This document shows positions 1 to 13,444 of a DNA stretch of 64,000 nucleotides, one piece after another. The stretch spans positions 10,664,001 to 10,728,000 of the forward strand of contig NC_043004.1 in the NCBI RefSeq assembly GCF_006345805.1, read 5' to 3'. The notes beneath the pieces are model-generated. The model saw nothing but the letters and a program-made list of their open reading frames with translations. It was not told the origin of the DNA and did not search any database. Position numbers and translations under genes: made by a program. Numbering within the stretch: position 1 is the stretch's first letter; each line of letters begins with the position of its first letter. Origin of the DNA: Octopus sinensis. Lineage: Eukaryota.

Positions 1-130
1 ACTTCTATAAATCACCAAAGTTATATATCTATCCGTCTGTCTCATTTCAGACTTCCTACGTGGAATCACGATCTTCTCTCCTTATAAAAACATTGTCCCC
101 ATTACCCAGTGGTATATAGCTTTTTATTTT

Positions 131-131
131 C

Positions 132-217
<86 letters not shown>

Positions 218-279
218 AGATCTATCTATCATCTCTCTCTCTATATATATATCTCTCTATATATATATATCTCTCTCTA

Positions 280-313
<34 letters not shown>

Positions 314-322
314 ATATATCTT

Positions 323-359
<37 letters not shown>

Positions 360-416
360 CTACTATCTATCTCTCTCTCTCTGTCTCTCTCTCTCTCTCC
401 TTCTCTCTCCTCTCTT

Positions 417-495
<79 letters not shown>

Positions 496-497
496 CT
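131..497. repeat. Compound microsatellite (CTAT)n/(CT)n/(AT)n
   Basis: Directly visible tandem repeats. Confidence 0.95.
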
Positions 498-620
498 TAA
501 TGTCTTCTCTTCGCCTTCCTCTTTCAATGACCCTTTTCTCCCTCATCCCTCCTAATTTTTCTGCGCTTCCACATGTCATCTAATTTTTTTACCAACTATT
601 TTTTCGAATTTGTTGTCGTT

Positions 621-621
621 G

Positions 622-677
<56 letters not shown>

Positions 678-712
678 TATATTATTATTATCATCATTAT
701 CATCATCATCAA
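621..712. repeat. (ATT)n/(ATC)n microsatellite
   Basis: Directly visible tandem repeats. Confidence 0.95.
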
Positions 713-837
713 TACTATTTTTGTTATATTTTCATCGCCATCACCTTAAAATGTCTCCATCACATTGTTCTATCCGGAAATGAAATTGCGATAGAAAAAA
801 TTGGAGGAGAGAAAATATAAGCGGCGCGCGCGTGTCC

Positions 838-873
<36 letters not shown>

Positions 874-1410
874 TGTGAGAGTGATTGAGTGTGTATTTGT
901 GTGTGTATGTGTATTTCAACATATGTGTGTGCCAGAGGAGGTGTGGTGTTAAGAGGGCGTGTGCATGTGGAACAGAACGTGTGGATTTTAAGAAAACGAA
1001 GGATTAATGATGAGAAAAAGATGACGAAGGAGAAGAAGGGAGAGAGAATGAATAAAAATGAAGATGGGGAGAAAGAGGAAGAAATAGAAGAAGAATACGA
1101 AGAAGCAGAAAAAGAATTAGGAAATGAATAAATGAAAAAGATTGAAGATGTATTTTTTTTTAATAGTTCATCAAACTAGTTAGAAGATACCTAGATTGTT
1201 GGTTCGACTCTCTGATAGTATAAATGAGAAAATATCCACAAACGATTGATCTTTTCCTCCATGTTGAAAATTATTGAATGATCGATTACTTTAAAAATGA
1301 GTTTGCATGGCCAGCAAATAAGAAACAGGATGTCCTGAAAACTATGCAATAAAGAATGTGTATATAAAACTAAATATAAAAACAAAACAAGAACTATGTA
1401 TGTATATATA

Positions 1411-1626
1411 CGAAGGGGTTTTGAAATATTCCTGGCTTTAAGGCTACTAGGAAAAGATTGGTTGGAGGCCCAACCTTCTGAGTTCTTTCACAGAGCTTAG
1501 GAAAACTGAAGGACCGCTGCAATAAGTGTGTGGATCTGAGCGGAGAATATTTTGAATGAAATAAAAATTAACTTATCCTCCTGTATCTTATTTTACCCAA
1601 GGCGAGGAACATTTCAGCACTCCTCG
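1411..1626 (+). mobile_element. Mariner-derived MITE (~216 bp)
   Basis: Imperfect TIRs (TA|CGAAGGGGTTTTGAAATATTCC versus the reverse complement of the right end, TA|CGAGGAGTGCTGAAATGTTCC) with TA flanks. The interior encodes KDRCNKCVDLSGEYFE*, resembling a mariner transposase C-terminus. Related copies lie at ~28165-28345 and 54711-54925. Confidence 0.75.
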
Positions 1627-1658
1627 TATATATATATATATGTATACACATGTACACG

Positions 1659-1702
<44 letters not shown>

Positions 1703-2499
1703 CATACATCTATGACAAATGGGGAAAATCGGTGTTTGTGGCGTTGTTAGCTAACTCCTCTTACATTGTCTTATTGATTTTGATGACACTTGACACGTGA
1801 GTTGAATTAATGTCTGGAAACTTCATGACATACTCAGATTGTTGAAAGAAATCGATAACAGGGCCCCTCCAACGGACCCTTCTATCTACTACATATTATT
1901 AATATTTGATCTAAACAACCCAAGGGAAATAATCCATACCACCTGCAGGTTTTAGCGAAGTGATCAGTATTTGATTCCCACAATCAGCCGACCTAATACT
2001 GCATTTCAATACTCACAGTTTTGAACTGCTAAACATTATTTTTGCACTTCGTTAATTTGAATCTTAAACATTAAAGACTTCCTTCATACATTTCTATACC
2101 TACATACTTTTTTGATAATTCTGCATTTTTATAGTTACACTTTTTCCATGACAGTAAATAACTTCTTTATTTCACAACGTATTTCTAATGACTTCATGCA
2201 GGCATTGCGTGGATTCGATCCTCGATTGCCAAATTTCACTTAACACTTCAACTGCTCTTTTCTCAGGGCCAAATGTAAACACTGGGTATGCATATATAGT
2301 TAACGGGATTGGGAGTACACGCACGCACGCATAGACACACACACACACAAACAAATAAACAGACCTACAGACATACAGACACACACATAATAGATACTTT
2401 TCACTCTTGATCCAGTGGCGTGAAACTGAGTTTTAATTATATATACATAAATATGTATATATATATATATATATGTTTATATGTCCATCCTTACACACC

Positions 2500-2593
<94 letters not shown>

Positions 2594-2848
2594 TAGGTTA
2601 TGTATTTGTGTGTGCGTGTGTGTGTGCGTATGTATAGAGGTGAACAGTTTTTTTTACAAGTTTTTGTAGAAATTATTTTTGTGTCAAAGTGGGAAAAAAT
2701 ACATAACATGAAAATAATTGTATTAATCATGTTAGACAAATTAAAAATACGAAAAATATTTTCATTAACTTATATTTTTATTAACCTATATAAGCAGTTT
2801 CATCCATTGTAGTTGGAGTTATACAATGGAGCTGAGAAAATGGTTATA

Positions 2849-3955
2849 CAGGGTGCGGGGAATAAATTATTGTCTAAATTACGCAAAAATGAAAATATCA
2901 CAGACATTTCATTTTAACATATATATGTACCAAAATTACATAGAAATATCTTGAAACGCTGAAGAGTAAATTTATTCAAAAGATCTCCATTGGCTTCAAC
3001 TAGAGCCTCCAGACGACTTCAGAATTTCCTGCAACTCATCTGGGCGGTCTCCTTGTTTAAGAATGCTGCCATAATCCTTGCTTTCATTCAGCTCATCTTT
3101 GGTGTTACGCGGAGTTTTGTTGCTCTCTCGGTCAACTGCGCTCCACACATAATAACCAAAGGGGTTTTATTCTAGGGAGCTAGTTCGCCAGATGTCGGGG
3201 GTGATGTTGTCGCAGAAATTTCTGACAGCCATGATTGCGTTATCTTGCTTGTGTGGCATGGTGAAGAGTCCTGTTAGCAGACACAAGGTCTTCCAGCAGA
3301 CACCCCCTTGACCGAGGGAGCACTTGATGCTGGGTTCCGTGTTGAGACTGAGGCCGTGTGGGTAGATGAATGGAGGGATAACATCGCCATCACTAGTGAA
3401 CCAAACACCTTGTTGGTGACCGGATGTTTGATTTTTATCACTCTCGGTTTTCTGAGAAGAAACAATACATGTTCGGTTGGAAGGGATGCTTGAGTCTGTT
3501 CAAAAGCTTCATAGCGCGGTCTTTCCCCCTCTCCTTGATGGCTTGGGATAAAAATTAGCCTTTCTTATCTTGTATGAGAAATACCGAATGCCTTCATGCA
3601 CTAACTACTTGATAAAAAAAAATCAGACACCCTCATGTCCCTGGCGACTGGCCTGATTGACTTGGAGGGATCGTTGTCAATCATGGCCTGGATTTCACCA
3701 AAAAAATTCACGAATTCTTTTCTTATCACAACGATGAGAGTGAGTTTTTCGAGCTGCTGAACCTTCGTAATAACCACTAGACTCATCCAACTCTTTACGA
3801 AACCTCTGCTCTGTCTTCAGGTTCACACCCAAACACTCTGAAATGTTCGCATTCGAGCTTCCTGCGCGAATGCCAAGCCGTAAAGCATGTCGTTTCCAAA
3901 TTTCTGGCAGAGTAAAATGCGTCATGGTGCTGTATTGCTCACAGAGAGTATCCAA
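2849..3955 (-). mobile_element. Degenerate Tc1/mariner transposon, DD37D (maT/Bmmar1-like) type
   Basis: One end reads TA|CAGGGTG. Minus-strand frames give an N-terminal HTH-like region (ORFs 3695-3955 and 3601-3786), then QDSSPCHTSKITQSWLSE...WRTSSLE*NPFGYYVW. There are 37 residues between the second Asp and the NPL(D) position, where D is now G. Stops and frameshifts are present. The other end is overwritten by a SINE. Confidence 0.8.
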
Positions 3956-4172
3956 CTGCTGGCAGAATCGTTAACAAGCCGGACGAAATGCTTAGCAGTA
4001 TTTCGTCTGCCGCTACGTTCTGAGCTCAAATTCCGTCGATGTCGACTTTGCCTTTGATCCTTTCGGGAGCAATTAAATTAGTACCAGTTACGCACTGGGG
4101 TCAATATAATCGACTTAATCCGTTTGCCTGTCGTTGTTTGTCCTCTCTGTCCTTGTGGGCAGTAAAGAAATA
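3955..4172 (+). mobile_element. SINE-A (tRNA-derived head, tail type 1)
   Basis: Box A/B-like head (TGGCAGAA...GAGCTCAAATTCC), core GTCGACTTTGCCTTT..., tail ...GGGCAGTAAAGAAATA. Many copies occur in the window. Confidence 0.85.
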
Positions 4173-4733
4173 AGAGAATGCCCAATTGTGTAATTGACAA
4201 AAGAAAAAACAAACAATGTGCATGCGCAAAATTAAATATAATATTGCGACAATTTACCCATCGCAAACTTTAGTAGTTGGAATATATAGATTTGATATTG
4301 TATCAGCTGGTCATAGACTGAAGGTATCAGATCACAAAACAAAGAATGTCCAGGGAAGATTTGAAGCGAATGGGTATGGTTTTCAGCAGTAGAGACAAGA
4401 ACTTAAGTGGCATTTTAAGATTTTTAAACAATAGTCTGCCCTTGAAATATTGATGCTTAGAGATACATACACGGTATCAGATAGATATATAGATAGGTAT
4501 AGGAACGAATGCTGTGGGTAGAAAAGATTGGGTCAATCAGGTTTAAAGAAAAGATAAAGAGTGGTAAGTTTAACTTTGCTTTGAGACAGGTTATAAATAT
4601 TTAGGTTCTTACTTTGAACTTCCATATAAATTAAAAAAATATTGCATGCCACACATATACACATACTCACACACATGCGTGCCCCTTCTTGTGTCTCATG
4701 GTATGAGGGTGCATTAAGTCAGAAATTATTTGT

Positions 4734-4992
4734 CAGGATAGGACAGACTGGAGGACTGCTATCCGCAATGGAGCCAGCTCCTACGAGGAGAACAGACAAC
4801 AGAATGAGGAGATTAAACGCAAGAGAAGAAAGGAGCGTCTTCAAGATGCTCGACCGGCACCGACCATCCTGTGCAAATTCTACCCGCGACTCTTTCACCA
4901 CCGACTTGGACTCCAAAGTTACATTCGGCACAAGCATCTGCCGAGGAGACTGGATGGAAACTGGCAAACCCGATGCTCGGAGCCGACGATAT
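4734..4992 (+). mobile_element. RTE-clade LINE 3' fragment
   Basis: Frame reads QDRTDWRTAIRNGASSYEENRQQNEEIKRKRRKER...LCKFYPRLFHHRLGLQSYIRHKH, a typical RTE C-terminus with a decayed C2H2-like motif. Confidence 0.7.
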
Positions 4993-5045
4993 CAATACAT
5001 ATATATATATATATATATATGCGTGTGTGTGTATGTGTGTGTGTC

Positions 5046-5096
<51 letters not shown>

Positions 5097-5240
5097 GCAT
5101 GTGTGTATATATGTATATATATAATTATAAATAAGGGCAAAAGAAAAAAATTTCTGTGACGATATGATGAAAATAGGACTTTAGATCGTCTAACCATACA
5201 ATATTTTCACTGTAAATAACAGCATGTGTGAAACGAGGAA

Positions 5241-5340
5241 NNNNNNNNNNNNNNNNNNNNNNNNNNNNNNNNNNNNNNNNNNNNNNNNNNNNNNNNNNNN
5301 NNNNNNNNNNNNNNNNNNNNNNNNNNNNNNNNNNNNNNNN
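5241..5340. other. Assembly gap (100 N)
   Basis: Run of N. Confidence 1.
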
Positions 5341-6344
5341 TTTCGCGTGAAGGGCTAAGTCGATTAGATCGACGTCAGTCCTCTACTGGTACGTATTTCA
5401 TAGATTCGGAAGTCTGAAAGGCAAAGCCAATCTCAGCGAATTTTGAACTCAGGACGTAAAGACAGACGGAATACTGCTAAGCGTTGCGATCGACGTGCCA
5501 ACGATTCAACGACCGCCTTTTGTGCCCTATATATTAAAAATACATATTTATATTACATACATAGCGAATTTGATGGTATATAAGACACTTTCTTTTCTCC
5601 TTAAAATATATCAAAATATCTCTATGATTTCTGAGTGAAATTGTGTCTCTCATAAGCAAATTTTGTCCCTGGCGCTCTTTCCCCAGAATATGTACTGCTG
5701 AAATTGGGAGTATCCACTATGCCCGTACGTATTTTTTTTCTTATTAAATACGGTATTTACTCTTTTACTCTTTTAATCGTTTCAGCCTGGCGGCTGTGGT
5801 CATGCTCGAAGTGAATAGACTGAACTGAAGGATGATTTTTGTGAGTGCTGGTGGTGGTGGAAACCTTTGATATCCTCCATAAGTTTTGACAAACTGGCCG
5901 AGGCATCGGTAAGACCGAGTTAAACAGCGTTCTGTTTTTCTGTTCTTCAGTTTCCAATTAATTCATCGGTTATGCCAAAAATGTAGCATTATATACCTGC
6001 ATAGGGAATTCTGCTTGGTTTACAAATTCCCTTCAATTTACTTTTATTTACTCTAAGTCAGCTTGAGGGCTGAAAGATTCCGTGAATATGGAATGCATAT
6101 CATAGATGAGTTTGCGGAAGGTAGCGAAAGGAATTTAACAATTACAACTGATTGATTGGTAGACTGAGCCATTATTTAAACAAATTGACTAGTAAAAGAA
6201 ATGAAATAAATCAGTGTGTGTGTTTATTATTGGCATAATGACCCTTCGGAGATAAAACAAATTTTGTTTCAACACATGAGTTCACATCGAAAACATTGGA
6301 AAACAAATATAAATACTTTCTGTTGTTAATAATATAATAAAGTT

Positions 6345-6555
6345 AAGGCTACGAGCTGGCAGAATTCTTAGCATGCCGAGCAAAATGCTAAGCGGTATTC
6401 CGTCCGGCCTTACGTTCTAAGTTCAATCCACCGAAGTCGACTTTGCCTTTCATCATCTCAGGAACGATAAAATAAGTATCATTTGAATACTGCAGTTCAT
6501 GCAATCGAATTAGTCCTTCCCCAAAATACTGGTCTTGTGCCAAAATTTTATAGTA
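6345..6555 (+). mobile_element. SINE-A, tail type 2, diverged
   Basis: Head GCGAGCTGGCAGAA-like and core, with a tail resembling CCTTCCCCAAAAT...CTTGTGCC. Confidence 0.7.
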
Positions 6556-7352
6556 ATAATATAGTAAAGTAGTAGATGACATCATTGACCAAGCAGTGGA
6601 TGGCAACGTCGAATAAACATGTAGTAATAATTAGTTAATTTTCTTTATGGTTTGAGTCCAAAATCCCAACGAGGCGAACTATGTCTTTTAATTGGCTGGG
6701 TCGATAAAATTAAGTACTACAAAATCTTCGAAATCGATTAAATTTACTGTCCTTTTTCCACAAATTATTTGCTTCTCTGATTATATTCACAAGTAGCTTC
6801 GAACAAAAGATGGTTGGGTTATCATGGTAAAGAAGTTTGTGCTTTAATTTCGAGGTGGGATGCGTGTTAGTGGTGTGTTTCGTATTAGGTGAATGCAAAA
6901 CACTGATTGAAGATGTAAATAACCCTCTATAAGGTAATAGTTTTGTACGTTGTAGTATTATGCATAGGAACAGCATAAACTTTGTATGCTTATACTTATG
7001 ACAGAATATAACCTTCAGCTGGATCTCATTGGTTATCAGACTTCGCGATTCAAGCTTAAATTGATATACAATTGCATAACTCTGGAATCGAGAAAACAAT
7101 TATCATTTGAAAATCGACTCATTCACATCACGATATTTGGAGATTTTAGATGTATATAAATGTTTAAAAGCAACATATGACTAAGTGTAGACGAGGCTAG
7201 TGCACTGTACTATAGGATTTAGTTATGTTCTTTCGCAAATTAATTTTAGTTTCTGCTGACCTAAACGTTGTTCAGCGAAATATAGAGATCGATAAAATCG
7301 CTCGGAGGTTTTCTTTTGCGCATGCTCACTACTTATATTTGTTAGTGCAACT

Positions 7353-7353
7353 G

Positions 7354-7444
<91 letters not shown>

Positions 7445-7445
7445 C

Positions 7446-7501
<56 letters not shown>

Positions 7502-7559
7502 GTCTGTCTGTCTGTCTGTCTATCTCCCCCCTCTCTCTCTATCTATCTATCTATAATTC

Positions 7560-7603
<44 letters not shown>

Positions 7604-7612
7604 GTACATATA

Positions 7613-7695
<83 letters not shown>
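7353..7695. repeat. (CTAT)n + (AT)n microsatellite
   Basis: Directly visible tandem repeats. Confidence 0.95.
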
Positions 7696-7696
<1 letters not shown>

Positions 7697-7933
7697 TCTT
7701 TGAAACTGAAATGCGGTCATGATGGAGCACCGCTTTAGTCGAGAAAATCGACCCCAGAACTTATTCTTTGTAAGCCTAGTACTCATTATATCTGTACTTT
7801 TGCCGAACCGCCTAGTTATGAGGACGAGACGTAAACACACCAGCATCGGTTGTCAAGCGATGTTGGTAGGGACAAACAAGACACACATAGACGTACACCT
7901 ACATACATACATCATACCATATATTATATATAT

Positions 7934-7975
<42 letters not shown>

Positions 7976-8150
7976 TATATATATATTATATATACATATA
8001 TACGACGGCTTCTTTCAGTTTCCGTCTACCAAATCCACTCACAAGTCTTTGGTCGGTCCGAAGACACATGCCCCAAGGGCCACGCAGTGGGACTGAACCC
8101 GGAACCATGTGATTGGTAAGCAAGCTAATTACCACATAGCCACTCCTGCG
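7696..8150 (-). mobile_element. SINE-B (tRNA head, CORE-like domain, internal microsatellite)
   Basis: Head GCAGGAGTGGCT...GGTTCCGGGTTCAGTCC, CORE-like CCTTGGG..., internal (TA)n, and a tail resembling GGTGCTCCAGCATGGCC. Confidence 0.85.
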
Positions 8151-8332
8151 GCTATATGTATTCATATATATTTGTGTGTGTATATATATATATATAAATA
8201 TATATATGTATATATATATATATATAAGTATATATATATATATGTGTGTATGTGTATACGTGTTTGTGCATGTGCGTTTTTATATGTTAGTGTATATACG
8301 TGTCTTCCCCTTGAATTCATCTTAATACTTTT

Positions 8333-8546
8333 TTTCTCTTTTACTCTTTTACTTGTTTCAATCATTGGACTGTGGCCATGCAGGAGTACCACCTTTAGTC
8401 GACCAGATCGACCCTAGGGCTTATTCTTTGGAAGCCTAGTACTTGTTCTGTCGCTCGCTTTTGCCGAACCGCTCAGTTACGGGCACATAAACACACCACC
8501 ATCGGTTGTCAAGCGATTTTGGGGGGACAAACACAGACACACAAAG

Positions 8547-8590
<44 letters not shown>

Positions 8591-8792
8591 ATATATACAT
8601 ACACATATATGCACATATATACATATATATGACGGGATTCTTTCAGTTTCCGTTTACCAAATCCATTCACAAGGCTTTGGTCGGCCCGAGGTTCCAGTAG
8701 AAGACACTTGCCCAACGTACCACGCAGTGGGACTGAACCCGTAACCATGTGGTTTGTAAGCAAGCTACTTACCAGACATCCACTCCTACGCC
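8333..8792 (-). mobile_element. SINE-B, full length
   Basis: Same architecture, with internal (TG)n and a terminal GTAAAAGA repeat. Confidence 0.85.
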
Positions 8793-8804
8793 AAAAAATG
8801 TGTG

Positions 8805-8924
8805 ATGCTTACAGCACCTAGGTTTCCCAAGCGGTCACCCATCTAAGTACTAGCTAGGCTTGACGTTGCTTAACTTCGGTGATCGGACGAGAATCGGTGC
8901 TTTCAACGTGATATGGCCATACGA
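8805..8924 (-). rRNA. 5S_rRNA: Solitary 5S rRNA gene copy or pseudogene
   Basis: The reverse complement reads TCGTATGGCCATATCACGTTGAAAGCACCGATTCTCGTCCGATCACCGAAGTTAAGCAACGTCAAGCCTAGCTAGTACTTAGATGGGTGACCGCTTGGGAAACCTAGGTGCTGTAAGCAT (120 nt). It has 5S box A and box C-like motifs and a downstream T6 terminator at 8793-8798. The 5' arm of helix I carries mismatches, so it may be a pseudogene. Confidence 0.9.
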
Positions 8925-9329
8925 GGAAAATATTTCCAGTGCTTCATCATATATATATATATAAAATGAACTATAGAAACGAACTATAAGGGTATTTCAT
9001 CCTTATAACAAATATTTAACTTGCAGGGACGAAACGGATTTGGAAAACCACGAGATTGATCCATAATTTGAGAAGAATCATAGTTTAAGCGTTTAAAAGC
9101 AAGCGTAAAACACCTATGAAAATTTTTGCTTTTCTTTTCAAGTGAAAGTGAAAAATACACAAAATGTAGCTAAAAACATATAAATAATAAAATCCTTAAA
9201 CAACAACAAAATTTGTGAGAGTGTCTACCCTACAGAACTTAATAATTCGACACCTTCCAAATATAACAATATTAGTTTCAGCACACGATTTTAGATCGTT
9301 AATTCTTTCATAACAAGTTCAAGATAGGA

Positions 9330-9367
<38 letters not shown>

Positions 9368-9579
9368 AAGAGAGTTTCTGTCTTTTTGTCTGTTTGTCAC
9401 ACATAACATAATTGAGTTACCATCTAATTTATAAGCGTGGGTGTTTTGTCCACTTTCACACTTTAACTATGGTGATGATAATGATGATGATGGTGTGACC
9501 AGAGCTAAACTGCCAAAATTTTCAAAAAATCGACACCCTTCAATCTCTCTCGCCCCTCTCTTTCTCTGTCTCTCTCTCG

Positions 9580-9619
<40 letters not shown>

Positions 9620-9821
9620 TCTATTTATCTTTCTGTCTTTCTATTAGGCCGGAAATTGTCCTGTGGCGAGAACGATCAGAGTTCGAGACAATGATAATCA
9701 CCATATATATTTACTCTCTGTTACTTGTTTCAGTCATTTGACAGTGACCATGCTGCAGCCCTGCCTTTAGTCGAGCAAATCGACCCTAGGGACTTATTCT
9801 TAGTAAGCCTAGTACTTACTG

Positions 9822-9988
9822 ATTTCGATTCCCAGACCGGGCGTTGTGTGTGTTTATTGAGCGAAAACACCTAAAGCTCCACGAGGCCCCGGCAGGGGGT
9901 GGTGGCGACCCCTGTTGTACTCTTTCGCCCCAACTTTCTCTCACTCTATCTTCCTGTTTCTTGAGTAACGCTGCGATGGACTGGCGTA
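9822..9988 (+). mobile_element. 5'-truncated SINE: SINE-C body ending in a V-domain start
   Basis: Matches the SINE-C copy at 18278 from TTTCGATTCCCAGACCG onward, then switches to GAGTAACGCTGCGATGGACTGGCG as in the V-like SINE at 24562-24798. Confidence 0.7.
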
Positions 9989-10139
9989 TCTTCTCTAAAT
10001 TAACTATTGCTTAACTATCTTCTCACACCGTCTCCGATGAAGGGATATCATAAATATCCTAGAAATAGCTGTATTTATAAATGTTCTAAAATCTACACAG
10101 CATTAGCTTTTTATCTCATTACAGAAAAAAAACTTTATA

Positions 10140-10702
10140 ATATATATATATATTTATTATATAAAATCAGTTCTGTCTGTCTGTGTGTGTCTTCTAGGAT
10201 CTCGGGCATCCTCCATCCGATTGTGCCCAAATTTGTTATGTAGATACCGACGGTATCAGGGCGTGTATAAGTCTCGAAAAAATTACATATATCGATTCCA
10301 GGTGAGAATGTGATCGATAAAGCCGTGGGAACGTGCATTTGTACGCGCAAGTACATCAGCTGTTGCAATCGATACTACGCGTACGCGAGAAAAATGCACG
10401 TGCAGCTGGCGCAAAAAAGCCGGCTGGCTTGAAATTATGCCAAAAATATGCAGTATATTTAAGAGACCAAAAAAGTAAGATGCGAAACAGATATTTTCTT
10501 CAAACTTGGCATGAAGGAAGGAAAAACTATTTGGTTTCTCAAGAAGCTGTTTTTTTTGCCTTAATTTCATTTAACAAAACCAAAAATTTTATTGAAATAA
10601 AGGCATGCTTAATTATTTTTTAATGAAAAGAAAACACTGATTCCTTTTTATTCAGCAAATATGATTCAGCACTGTCCATTGGACGGGGAGCGTTTTGCTC
10701 TT
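10140..10702 (+). mobile_element. Possible non-autonomous Helitron/HINE-like element
   Basis: Starts with TATATAAAA followed by (CTGT)n/(GT)n, like the 5' ends of the Helitrons at 27543 and 29407. The 3' CTAG is not intact. Confidence 0.35.
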
Positions 10703-10705
10703 ATA

Positions 10706-10767
<62 letters not shown>

Positions 10768-10885
10768 TAAACCTAATTATTTATGTTCATTTATCTAATA
10801 TACTTTTTACTTGGCAACAACGTAATAAGTAAAACGTTTGATTTCGTTAGTTCTAACTTTTCAAAATATGGCCGGTAATGGATTA

Positions 10886-11410
10886 TGATATAACACTTCA
10901 AAACCACTTTCGGGCCAGGATCTATGGACAATTTCCAGAGATCCCTGACCTGGCAGTGCTATTAAGGAGCATTGTCCGTTCGAGATAAGGTCTGCAGACA
11001 CGGATCAAGAAACACCAAAAGGACCTGTCCGAGATGCAATGTCCAAATATTTCAGACCTGTGGAACTATGTCAAACAGCTGCTGTCACATGTGGGCCGCA
11101 TCCGGTTGTCAGCCGAGTCTATCGTAAATATTGCCCCGCCACCTTCCGTGAACCGGGAAGGCAACGCAGTTTTCATCGTACTGGTGGCTATGGCGAAAGA
11201 ATGTGTATGGCGGACTCGCTTGAAAGGCTTAAAGACAAATACCTTCTACCCTGGCCAACCTGTCCTCAACATTTTCAAGCATTACTTGAAAAGGAAGATG
11301 AGAGTAGAGAGGAAAGTTTTGTTGAATGAAAATTTCAGTAAAAGGTTGGTGAATGTAGCAAGGATAGTATGCATGAATGACGAACCCATTTTGAGTATGA
11401 ATCTATAGAA
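10886..11410 (+). mobile_element. L1/Tx1-clade ORF2 3' fragment (zf-RVT-like region)
   Basis: FQRSLTWQCY*GALSVRDKVCRHGSRNTKRTCPRC is joined across a frameshifting deletion to QCPNISDLWNYVKQLLS...VAMAKECVWRTR (ORF 11034-11408). Confidence 0.7.
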
Positions 11411-13444
11411 CAAAAAGACAAATTGTACTTTGCTCTCATGGTTTTTTATTCCGTGTTTTTTTTTTTCCGCATGCTTTATTTTCCACGGATAAATCTGGTC
11501 AGTGTTTTATTTTTTACCCTTTTGAGAATTTCAGCAGTTAAAACGACACTTTGTTATCCAAAACGTTCTCGATCCCTATTGATCGGTTTCGAAAAGAAAA
11601 ATTCTACATTGTATTGTCCCCTCAATGTTCGGCTCCGCGTAGCTTAATAAAGAAACCTATATGCTCCTGCAAATCCAGTTACACCACCGTCGTAGAAAGA
11701 AAGATACAATAAATAATATGGTCGATGGTCACTGTAACAAGTAAAACGGTAAAAATATTGCTGCTGGGTTCTAGGTTCGTCTTGATTGAATTTGATGTTT
11801 AGGGTTAACCTGAACAGCAACCGCTGTCACCGTGCTGGTACGTACCAACGTAGTAATTTATCTATTGCTGCAGAGGGAAATCTTTGCTCCTTTCCGATAT
11901 TTTGGTCTCTAAGTTAAAGACACTTAACTTACATCCCTAATGAAAAAGGTATGAACATTAAACTGTCAATTTCAACTTTTCTCAATAGTTAGAGTCTTAT
12001 GTGTGTATGTCTCTGATTAACCGAACTGCAGAGAGAGAGAGAGAGAAAAAAAAAATTTGGCTTTCCTCTAAGTTTTATACCTACAAATATTACATTTTAT
12101 CTTTTATGCTCTCTGTCGCTTTAGGAGCAATAACAAGGAAGCCAACAATGAACTTAGTTCAATTCAGTCGACTGTTACCCATTTTCTACAGAAATATTTG
12201 GCGGTTTGCCTGGTGAAAACGAATCAAAATTAATTTAAATCTATAATTAACTTATTATACTGAAACTGTAAAATTACCGTGACAGCTATTATATATTAAA
12301 TAATTTATTCTTGGCATTGAATTCCCTTCATGTATGGTAATCAAATTCGCCTATGCTAGAACTTGTATTAAAAAATATTATCCTTCCTTTGTGTGTGTCG
12401 TTACAGAACAAGTCAACTTTTGGTAAGTATTTGTAATGAATTTTCGATTTCTACATTAGAAGTTGCTAGATATTTTTATCGTGGACTTTCTTTGCAGAAA
12501 CAGTCGAATATTAGACTAAAAACCTAGCTATATTTAATTACGTCTGTTTAAATTCTGACTGTAATTCCCATTGGGATTAATTTTGCATTTCATCCTTGCG
12601 CGGTCGATCAGATATGTGATAGTGAAATCTTAGGGGATCAGTTACATCGACAAAACGATATCTCAAAATGTTTAACTTCGATAAACTTAGAATTCATTAG
12701 TATCACTATTCCTAAACTATTGATAATATTATTTTTAGTTACGAGTAGTTTCAGATATACGTTAAGAATTTCCTTTGTTCGAAAAGAATTAGGTGCGTCT
12801 TAGAAAAACCTGCGTAAAACTGTTCAAGATTAACAGATACTGAATAAGAATACTTCAACAATGTTTACATATAGTGATACTACTATTTTTCTAGCATCTG
12901 TCTATGTCTGTCCTTAGAAATTATCTCTCAATGTATTTACCGAAGTAATTGTGTATCATTCTATATATAAAAGTTATAACCGGATGATGGACAAACTACT
13001 TAAATAGCACAATCTATTTTTTAAAAAATTCAATAGCTAATTCGCTATAATTCTTTAGCTATTATAATAATTAGGTATTAATATGTCAATAATTGGTGCA
13101 CTAGGATAATTGGTAATTTTTATCATGGAAAATTATGTAAGCATTGTCATGTTTCTTCTATTCATGCTGTAGATAAAAATATGCAAAGTGGCTTTTCGGT
13201 TTTTGAAGCATATTTTTTGATTCATTACATTGTTTCTGGAAATAATCTATACAAACGATATCTGCTATTATATATTTTAGGTGAATTCCGATATTCTTTT
13301 CACTGTATCTAATAGTGATAGTCTGTTTTGTTTTGTACTACGGAAGTAGTTGTTTCTGTTACCAATCACTTTTTTCATAGGAAGCATTCAGTTCGTTCAT
13401 GTCTTCGTTATGCAAATTTATGATTTTGTGGTTATTTTTATCGT

